NCBI GenBank assembly: GCA_045863295.1
Contig: BTWA01000017.1
Location: forward strand, 32,001-96,000
Direction of reading: 5' to 3'
Origin: Candidatus Hydrogenedentota bacterium
Lineage (GTDB): Bacteria; Hydrogenedentota; Hydrogenedentia; Hydrogenedentales; SLHB01
Length of the DNA: 64,000 nucleotides
Shown here: positions 1 to 6,609 of the stretch, one piece after another
How the letters are laid out: every line of letters starts with the position of its first letter
How positions within the stretch are numbered: the first letter of the stretch is position 1
The notes under the pieces: model-generated
What the model was told of the DNA's origin: nothing
The model's database searches: none
What the model saw: the letters and a program-made list of their open reading frames with translations, nothing else
Translations under genes and position numbers: made by a program

Positions 1-1168
1 ATAGCGGTAACGGAATCGAAGCGCCAAGCACCAGCGACTGCTCCCGCGAATCGTGCGGCCGTACAGTTGATTGCGAGTATCCAAAGTTGCCCTCGCCCGT
101 GAGTCCGTACGCCTGCTGGTCACGTGCGCCAAGCCCCGTGCTTCGAAAACCCAGCGTCACCGTCACATCCGGTTTGGCATTGGCTCGTTCGAGTTCTATC
201 GCAGCTTCTCGAAGGTCAACTTCGGCCATCCAACGCGACAAATCGGGAACTGTTTCCAACTGTTGCCCAAGTTCGTCCAGCGGGGGTATGGCTTGTGTCT
301 CGTCAAACTGGCCGATGGCGTTCGTGAACGTTGCGGATGTCGCACCCCAGTAAGACACCAGAGATATTCTTGCAGCATCCAGTTCGCGTCTCGTACGCTC
401 GACTCCGATCCGCACCACACCGGCTTCGACTTCCACTTTGGAGAGTTCAATGGGAGACACTTTGCCCGCATCAACCCGCGCACGCACGGTATCCTGGACC
501 TGTTGCGCTAAGTCGGCCAAGGCGGTCGCCAGCCGTAGACGTTCTTGGGTGGCTACGACTTCGTAGAATGCCTTTGCCGCGTTCGCAAGAACATCGGCTC
601 GTGCAACCTCGTAGTCCCATGCGGCGACTGCCTGTTCGCGTTTTGCCACGTTAATTCGCTTCCCGCGTTTTCCGCCCAGTTCGATGAGCTGCGAAAGGCT
701 TAGTGTAATCTCCGCTTCGCGCAACCCGGATTCGGATCCGGTTTCTCTGGTCCGTTCATATTCGGGCACGAAACCACGCCGGAAGATAGGAACCGCTATG
801 TCTCCACTGGGGGTTGTTATGGTCTGGGTTTCGCTGGTAAGTGGACTGGAAAGTCCGAAACGCTTGGATGTCACACCCGGCCCGGATTGAAGCCGTAAAT
901 CCTCGACCTGAATGGAAAGCTCGGGATTCGGTCTGAGGCGCGCCTGTATTTCACGCGCCTCTGCAGCGCGAATGTCCCACGAGTATGCCGCCAAAGACGG
1001 ATTCTGTCTTAAGGTTAACGCGAGTGCCTGTCCAAGCGTCAATTCCCCTATAGGATTCTCAATTGCCGCAGACTCTGGCTCCTGACTGGAGTCTGCGCTG
1101 TTGGCGTGCGAAACTGAGCAAATAAGCCATGTCGCGAATAACATGACGGCTATTCGAAAAGCCCACAT
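1..1168 (-). CDS. TolC-family outer membrane efflux channel, CzcC-like (runs off the window start)
   Basis: Not in the ORF track because it is truncated. Manual translation from ATG 1168 gives MWAFRIAVMLFATWLICSVSHA (signal peptide)...LTLGQALALTLRQNPSL...ARLRPNPELSIQVED...LSLSQLIELGGKR...AKPDVTVTLG...SIPLPL, typical heavy-metal OMF motifs. Confidence 0.88.
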   Translation of the reverse strand, partial: MWAFRIAVMLFATWLICSVSHANSADSSQEPESAAIENPIGELTLGQALALTLRQNPSLAAYSWDIRAAEAREIQARLRPNPELSIQVEDLRLQSGPGVTSKRFGLSSPLTSETQTITTPSGDIAVPIFRRGFVPEYERTRETGSESGLREAEITLSLSQLIELGGKRGKRINVAKREQAVAAWDYEVARADVLANAAKAFYEVVATQERLRLATALADLAQQVQDTVRARVDAGKVSPIELSKVEVEAGVVRIGVERTRRELDAARISLVSYWGATSATFTNAIGQFDETQAIPPLDELGQQLETVPDLSRWMAEVDLREAAIELERANAKPDVTVTLGFRSTGLGARDQQAYGLTGEGNFGYSQSTVRPHDSREQSLVLGASIPLPL

Positions 1169-1169
1169 A

Positions 1170-1403
1170 TTACTTAGTCTCCTTTGTCGTCGGGGCTGAG
1201 CGTTCGAAGTGGGTATGACCCAAGTGCCGCGTTTTCTTGAACGGCTGGCCGGATGTTTTGGGACGTGGAGACGTTTCCCCTTGGGGGTCTGATGTCAAGT
1301 CCTTCGTGTGGTTGGCTCCATATGTTTTGCATCCGGAAAGAGCGAATGTTGTACATACCAAGATGGCTGTGAATAGTAGCTGTTGGATTACTCGGTTTTT
1401 CAC
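1170..1403 (-). CDS. Small putative lipoprotein (~77 aa)
   Basis: GTG at 1403 behind a purine-rich RBS (GAGAAAGGAAAGGG); VKNRVIQQLLFTAILVCTTFALSGC has an LSGC lipobox; its stop abuts the TolC start. Confidence 0.5.
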   Translation of the reverse strand: MKNRVIQQLLFTAILVCTTFALSGCKTYGANHTKDLTSDPQGETSPRPKTSGQPFKKTRHLGHTHFERSAPTTKETK

Positions 1404-1683
1404 GGCTGGGTGACCCTTTCCTTTCTCAGTGAACTCCACACGAATGGCAAAAAGCATTCGAGTTGTTGCGGTACTTTCACGAGGGCGTACGGTTAGCGTG
1501 GCGCTGGTTGAGGGGTTACGGGACCATCTTGTCGATGCTGTGCTCGACTGAATCCCGGTCACTGCACGCCCGTGCAGTCAGAGGATAGAGCGTGGAAGTG
1601 GGCCTACCCAACAATTGATGAGAAGACCAACTACCAAGTAGCCGAGAAGCGATGATCCGAACCGAACACAGAAGGTAGGCGGA

Positions 1684-2124
1684 TCAAATGAGTAGTACGA
1701 CCGTACGAAGAGGAGTGGGTGACAAATGGGTGGGATTATTGCGGTTAAAAGGTTGGCGAGTACAAAGCACGGCCGCCAGACTCGTCAATGATAACTCCGT
1801 ACAGTAGGACTTCTGGACTGGATTCGGCGCAAAAAGCCGTGAAGAAAGTGCAAGATTATTCGCATGTGTAGATATGAGCGGCATATCTGTGCAAGGGCCA
1901 CAGTGCGAATTGTCCTGCGTCACATTCGTTTGATGGTCTGGCTCTGTACGCGACGCTGACTGTGCGAGATTGTCGAAACAACGGCCTCGCTGAGCGGCTT
2001 CTATTTCCCTGTGGCCATCCTGCCCTACACACAAAACACGGAGATCGTGGCCGGGCACACCTGCCACGAGTTGTAGGACAAAAATCGTTCCAACAAGGGA
2101 AACAAACAATCTCTTTGCGATCAT
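1684..2124 (-). CDS. Cys/His-rich exported protein upstream of the metal-efflux genes (CzcI/DUF2946-like leader)
   Basis: N-terminal hydrophobic segment, VLCVGQDGHREIE, SHCGPCTD, and a Pro-rich tail ending LRTVVLLI. ATG 2124 lies downstream of a sigma70-like promoter. Confidence 0.6.
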   Translation of the reverse strand: MIAKRLFVSLVGTIFVLQLVAGVPGHDLRVLCVGQDGHREIEAAQRGRCFDNLAQSASRTEPDHQTNVTQDNSHCGPCTDMPLISTHANNLALSSRLFAPNPVQKSYCTELSLTSLAAVLCTRQPFNRNNPTHLSPTPLRTVVLLI

Positions 2125-2146
2125 GTGGACAGCCTCATCCGGCAGA

Positions 2147-2175
2147 AGGGTATCAATCGAAATCCCAAATGTCAA
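2147..2175 (-). promoter_or_regulatory. sigma70-type promoter for the czc-like module
   Basis: Minus strand TTGACA (2175-2170), 17 nt, then TACCCT (2152-2147) with an extended-10 TG. Confidence 0.55.
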
Positions 2176-2540
2176 TAAACACGCTCGGTATATCCGGGGG
2201 CGTAAAAGCCCTCTGTGCGTTCAAATTATCGAATGACGCGGCTATTGATCGCCTACCAGCAGGCGTCCAATCAGGGCTACGGAGTGTTCGGCCACCATTC
2301 ATTAGGAGGCTTCTTAAGTTCCGAAAGCAGACAATCTCTCCGCCTGATCACACAATAGCTAACAGTCCAACCAGCAAACAGAACAATTCAACACTTGTCG
2401 CATATTCCATCATTGGATTGAATATTCGACTCACTTTTCGAACCTGCTGCTACTTGACCTATTAGCCTGACTCATACGAAGGAATACGCTCCATTCTCCA
2501 ACTCCCATTCTCTGTTTTATTCAAGCGATCGGGCACGCTG

Positions 2541-2966
2541 CTATTGAAGTGCTTTCAGTTCCTTCTTCAACTCCTGAAACATTCTGCCCTGTGCCCTTGG
2601 AGAGGAGAGTCTGGTGAGACGTCGAAGGCGCCTCTCAGTGAAGAAAGTGACCTCAACATGCTCCCGGGCGGAACCCAGTTCTTGGACAATATCAGGCGGA
2701 AGCTTGAGCAGATTCAGCAATTGAGTGACTCGAGACGGCGTCAAACCTACTTGCTTCGCAAGCTGCGACTGATTGTCGACCACTCCTTGGTCGAGCATAC
2801 TTCGAAAGGACAAGGCGAGCGCTATTGGATTAATCGGTTCGGCCTTACCCGGCTCATCCCGTTGGATCGTCGTGTATATAGCATTGCGATCTAATGAGTT
2901 GCGATAAACCGGGGACACATGCCATCCGTGAGCAAAAGTTCGCTGAGTTCGCACCGCGCGGAGCCA
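2541..2966 (-). CDS. ParB-like HTH protein or displaced recombinase C-terminal segment beginning at the att site
   Basis: NPIALALSFRSMLDQGVVDNQSQLAKQVGLTPSRVTQLLNLLKLPPDI is an HTH. The frame reads WLR through the tRNA 3'-end repeat with no convincing ATG/RBS. Confidence 0.5.
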   Translation of the reverse strand, partial: WLRAVRTQRTFAHGWHVSPVYRNSLDRNAIYTTIQRDEPGKAEPINPIALALSFRSMLDQGVVDNQSQLAKQVGLTPSRVTQLLNLLKLPPDIVQELGSAREHVEVTFFTERRLRRLTRLSSPRAQGRMFQELKKELKALQ

Positions 2967-2968
2967 TT
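2957..2968 (+). repeat. tRNA-Asn 3'-end fragment (candidate attR), direct repeat CGCGGAGCCATT
   Basis: Identical 12-mer at 2957-2968 and 3328-3339. It matches the acceptor-stem 3' strand plus G discriminator and CCA, and is followed by a terminator hairpin. Confidence 0.65.
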
Positions 2969-2979
2969 TTGCTTCTAAC

Positions 2980-3004
2980 AGCCACCTCGCCGAGGTGGCT
3001 TTTT
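2980..3004 (+). terminator. Intrinsic terminator-like hairpin after the tRNA 3' fragment
   Basis: AGCCACCTCG-C-CGAGGTGGCT followed by TTTT. Confidence 0.6.
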
Positions 3005-3007
3005 CAC

Positions 3008-3259
3008 ATGTGCTGGGTATACATACTGCAAAGTCAGAGCACAGGCCGGTATTACTGCGGTTCAACAGACGATGTTGAACGGCGGGTCCGGCAGCATAAC
3101 GACTCCGGCTATCGCGGCACCAAGACGACCAAACGTTTTGAAGGTCCTTGGACTCTCGTATGGACAGAGCAGCACCCAAGCCGTTCGGTCGCGATGACAC
3201 GCGAAAAGCAAATCAAAGCACGCGGTATCGCCCGCTTTCTGGCGGATACGACGCGGTAG
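3008..3259 (+). CDS. Small GIY-YIG nuclease (YhbQ/UPF0213/Slx1-like, 83 aa)
   Basis: MCWVYILQS...YYCGSTDDVERRVRQHN...TKTTKRFEGPWTLVWTE...SRSVAMTREKQIK contains the VY-x-YxG motifs, the RxxQHN helix and the catalytic E. Confidence 0.88.
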   Translation: MCWVYILQSQSTGRYYCGSTDDVERRVRQHNDSGYRGTKTTKRFEGPWTLVWTEQHPSRSVAMTREKQIKARGIARFLADTTR

Positions 3260-3337
3260 CTCAGTTGGTTGAGTCCCGCCGCAGGCGGGATTAACCACCA
3301 TGTCCCGCGCGTCGCGGGAGTCCTACCCGCGGAGCCA
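3250..3337 (+). pseudogene. tRNA-Asn-derived pseudogene interrupted by two palindromes
   Basis: Retains CGCGG-TAGCTCAGTTGGTTGAG (D arm), TTAA-CCACC-ATGTC (3' half of the anticodon arm and variable loop) and AGT-CCTAC-CCGCGGA-G-CCA. The 5' anticodon stem and the GTAGGTTC half of the T arm are replaced by hairpins. Confidence 0.7.
3274..3319. repeat. Two related 17-nt REP-like palindromes
   Basis: TCCCGCC-GCA-GGCGGGA (3274-3290) and TCCCGCG-CGT-CGCGGGA (3303-3319). Confidence 0.8.
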
Positions 3338-3345
3338 TTGACGTC

Positions 3346-3380
3346 AAAAGGGGTTGCGCTTCATGCGCAACCCCTTTTTT
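3346..3380. terminator. Bidirectional intrinsic terminator
   Basis: AAAAGGGGTTGCGC-TTCAT-GCGCAACCCCTTTTTT. Confidence 0.8.
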
Positions 3381-3590
3381 GTAATACTCACCGCTGCTGG
3401 TTTCGCCCAGCCTCCTGTTAACCAGTTTGCGCCTCAGTGAAATCTCCGGCGCAGGTTGTGTCAAACACGGGGACCAGAACCGGGCAAAGTTGGAAGCCAA
3501 TACAGAAGTCTTATCACCAGACATCCGATTGGAACCGTAACGTCATCGTGCGCCTCGTTGTTCGGTCCAGCGATTGGCTCGGTCTGGCCG

Positions 3591-4310
3591 CTACTCAATG
3601 GGTTGCGGTAACTGACCGGTCGCAATGCGGTAGGCGATCGTGTAGATCACGCCCGCGAGAACCCCGCCGACATTGAACAGCAGGTGCGCGAAAATGGCGG
3701 GCCGCAGGCTGCCCGTCCGGGCGCGCGCCATCGCGCAGACGTATCCGAGCGCCGTCACTGACAGCACGATGACCATGACCGCGGCGATTTTCATATCGCC
3801 AAACAGCAACACCAGATGCATGGCGCCGAACAGCGCCGCACTCCACAGAACAGCGGTGGGCGTGTCGGCCCCGGCGAGCGTTTGGAACCAGGCCCGGCAA
3901 AAGATTTCTTCTACGAGGGGCGCGACAGCCCAAGTCAAGAGCACGAACCAGAGCAAGCCAGAAGCGGCAAGGTCCTCCCCGGGGCCTTGCAGGCCGAACG
4001 CCAACATGACGCCCGTGCACACGGCGCCCAGTGCGAGACCCCACAACTTGAAGTGGCCCTTGGCCGGCGCCGGGCGGCGGAATCCGAACTCTGCCAGCGG
4101 ACGCCTCGACGCAACCATCGCCCCGAACGCGACCGCCACCATCAGCCCTTGGGTCACGGCCTGCTGGGTCCACGGATACCGCGTCGTAACCGACTCGGGC
4201 AGGGCCCAAGTCGCGAGAAACGCGGCGACGAAGACGACGAGTGCGAGCCCGAATACGGCGAGCGGATTCCACGTCGACCCTCTCTGTGCATGATCAGGAC
4301 TTCGGATCAA
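3591..4310 (-). CDS. CPBP family intramembrane glutamic endopeptidase (CAAX/Abi-like)
   Basis: Multiple TM helices with APLVEEIFCR, LFGAMH and AIFAHLLFN motifs. Exact start uncertain. Confidence 0.88.
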   Translation of the reverse strand: MIRSPDHAQRGSTWNPLAVFGLALVVFVAAFLATWALPESVTTRYPWTQQAVTQGLMVAVAFGAMVASRRPLAEFGFRRPAPAKGHFKLWGLALGAVCTGVMLAFGLQGPGEDLAASGLLWFVLLTWAVAPLVEEIFCRAWFQTLAGADTPTAVLWSAALFGAMHLVLLFGDMKIAAVMVIVLSVTALGYVCAMARARTGSLRPAIFAHLLFNVGGVLAGVIYTIAYRIATGQLPQPIE

Positions 4311-4550
4311 AACCGAACTCCCAGACTTTTTGTGCGGATCGGCAGCGCTTGACCTAATGGCAATAGGTTTGCTCCGTGCGGCGGCTGTAGCGCCGCGACC
4401 GCAACACCTAACGCACCCTGCTTTCGACTTCGTTCTGCCGCCCAGTATGCACGCCGGATATCGCCTTGCTAATCAAGAATAGCGCTGCTGTGGTCGCATC
4501 GCAAGCGCCGTCTGTATCTACGGTACTAGGCCATGGTGTGTATTCTATCA

Positions 4551-4621
4551 AGCTGACGCGCCAAATGGGCCGCGCCAGATCCGGCGCGCAGCGATGCGTC
4601 GGCTCCAGTCGGATGTTAGCC
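4551..4621 (-). mobile_element. Degenerate integron attC site downstream of the GNAT gene
   Basis: Minus strand GGCTAAC (overlaps the TAA stop)-ATCCG-ACTGGAGCCG...CGGCCCATT-TGGCGC-GTCAGCT, 71 bp, with R''/L''/L'/R' layout and mismatches. Confidence 0.45.
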
Positions 4622-5071
4622 GGTCCCTTCCTCCAGATCTCCGTGATCCAGAGCGAACGTGTACATTACGTGCTCACCCACGACTTCTTTCCCACCGGCG
4701 GACGCGTAGAGTCGCATCGCCGGGCCATTCGAACGGTCAGTGAGGACCCAGGCCTCACGACAGCCCAAGCGCTTTGCGTGCTGCAGCAGCGTTCGCACAA
4801 TGGCCTTGGCAAGCCCTCGGCCCTGATGGCTCGGTGCGACACCGACTTCGTTAACCCACAGCTCAGGTGCCTTGTCGGGGTGTACGTAATGCACGCCTGA
4901 GGCGAAGCCAACGACCTGGCCCTGGTCAATGGCAACCGCCACGTGATGCCGAGGATCGCTTATGAACTCCGAGGCGAGATCAGGATCCACCGTGTGATCG
5001 AACACACCATCAGCGACGTTGTAAAAGATAGCCTGATCGCCAGAACGGAGAATTCTGATTTCGGGGCTCAT
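4616..5071 (-). CDS. GNAT family N-acetyltransferase
   Basis: ELWVNEVGVAPSHQGRGLAK motif A and NGPAMRLYASAGG motif B. Confidence 0.88.
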   Translation of the reverse strand: MSPEIRILRSGDQAIFYNVADGVFDHTVDPDLASEFISDPRHHVAVAIDQGQVVGFASGVHYVHPDKAPELWVNEVGVAPSHQGRGLAKAIVRTLLQHAKRLGCREAWVLTDRSNGPAMRLYASAGGKEVVGEHVMYTFALDHGDLEEGTG

Positions 5072-5752
5072 GGTTTGCTTTCTTGATGATCCGGCCAACA
5101 ATGGTTATATGGTTTTGTCATGCCACCTTTGGGCCGCGACGTCGCGGCATAAGAACCCGCCTGCAAATCCCTCGCAACGCCAGTATTTCCCGATCATTAG
5201 GCCAGCATTCATAGACCCAACTCTTCCGATACCATTACCGCAAACACTTGGCTGGACAACCTGTTTTCTTGCGAGGGTGCGTTGTCAACCGGTCGAGCGC
5301 GGGTACTTTGCCAGCGGCTTATCCTGATGTGAAGGAGATCGAAATTGGTTCTACAACGACTGGGCCAGATTCGGGCTTCTCCGTCATAATGCGTAATAAG
5401 AGGACTCTTGCTTGAGAAATAGTCTCTTTATGGGTTGCGCCCTACTTCACGACGCCGCACAGCTCTGTTACTTCCACTATCGAACGTCCCGTTTCTGACG
5501 ATACCCCTTGTGCAGCGTACTCGTCAATGCAACTCAAGCTTGCTGGACTTCTCTAAGTGCCTTTCTTGGCATGGGATTAGTCGAATCGTTCCGGGATTGA
5601 CCGGATGGGGGGATTCCGATAGGATTCAGGAGCGGTGTTCCCGGACGGGCTGCTGGCGCGCAGTCCGTGACATGTTCCTGTGGCGAAAAGGCTTTAGACA
5701 CGGTATACCTTGGCCGCGATGAGGCCGGGACCGAGGCTCGGGAGTGAATCAC

Positions 5753-6538
5753 ATGGTGGGCAAATTCTGGGTTGTGCTGATGTCGCAAATCAACAAGCTC
5801 GCCAATTTTTTCTGGCAGGCCGATCCCATTGCAGTGATGCAGCTTGAGTACGACAACGCCGTGGCCCAGTTGAAAGAGGGGCGGGAAGGGCTGGAGCAGT
5901 ACCGGGCCCTGGTGGAGCGCGTTACCCGTCAGGTGAAAGCCGATGAAAAGCGGGTGGCGAGCTTGACGGCGGAGGTCAAGGCGTATCTGAAGCTGAACGA
6001 CCGCGAGACGGCAGGCAAGTTTGCGCTGGAGTTGAAGCGTGCGCAGACAGAGCTTGCGGAGAATCAAGAGCAGCTCAAGTTGCATGAGACTGCGTATCAA
6101 AACCACCTCACGAAGATTCAGCATGCCACGCGCAAGTTGAATGAGGTTCAGACCAAGATTCACAAGTACGACGCCGAGCTCAAGATGAGCGCTGCGGAAG
6201 CCGAAATGGCGAAGCTGGCGGAGAGTTTCAATTTCAATGTGACTACGGATTTCGGCGAGTTGGAAAACATGATCCAGAACAAGATCGATGTGAATCGCGC
6301 GAAGGTGCGGGTATCCGCCGATCTTTCCAACGAGGGCGTAGCGGACATCGAAGCGGAGCAACGCAAGGAAGCCATGGAAGCGGAGGATCTGCTGCAACAA
6401 TTCGAGGTTGATATGGGCATCAAAACGCCGGAAACGGCGAACGTTCCGCAGCAGGAAAAGACGTTGGGCCAAGCTGAAGCGACACCGGCGGTGCGCGAAG
6501 ACGCCTTGAAGGACGTGGAAAAGCAGTTGGGCGCATAA
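5753..6538 (+). CDS. PspA/IM30 (ESCRT-III superfamily)-like coiled-coil protein
   Basis: N-terminal amphipathic helix (MVGKFWVVLMSQINKLANFFW), ADPIAVMQ (the DP motif of PspA), a long helical hairpin with a RETAGKFALE turn, and an acidic C-terminal helix (EAEDLLQQFE). Confidence 0.72.
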   Translation: MVGKFWVVLMSQINKLANFFWQADPIAVMQLEYDNAVAQLKEGREGLEQYRALVERVTRQVKADEKRVASLTAEVKAYLKLNDRETAGKFALELKRAQTELAENQEQLKLHETAYQNHLTKIQHATRKLNEVQTKIHKYDAELKMSAAEAEMAKLAESFNFNVTTDFGELENMIQNKIDVNRAKVRVSADLSNEGVADIEAEQRKEAMEAEDLLQQFEVDMGIKTPETANVPQQEKTLGQAEATPAVREDALKDVEKQLGA

Positions 6539-6609
6539 TGGAATGCTTGTTTCGCGCGACTGCGGACCGGGCAACGACTTAGGCATCCGAACACGGGAGG
6601 TAGTGGAAC

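Noticed and set aside
2967..3200. N-terminal part of the 219-aa ORF 2541..3200
   Set aside because: It is antisense to the clear GIY-YIG gene and crosses a terminator; only the part left of the att repeat looks protein-like.
3250..3337. Functional tRNA-Asn gene
   Set aside because: The first two acceptor pairs mismatch, the anticodon stem 5' strand and G34 are missing, and there is no GTTC T-loop. Treated as a pseudogene.
4406..4412. GTTAGGT as the core of a second attC site
   Set aside because: No matching RYYYAAC inverse core or L boxes at an appropriate distance.
5566..5581. sigma54 promoter upstream of the PspA-like gene
   Set aside because: TTGGCAT fits the -24 element, but the -12 position reads GT rather than the conserved GC, and no PspF-like activator is nearby.
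5534..6586. 350-aa antisense ORF, and similar long antisense ORFs such as 7318..8403 and 9274..10500
   Set aside because: Shadow frames of well-supported plus-strand genes in GC-rich DNA, with no recognisable motifs.
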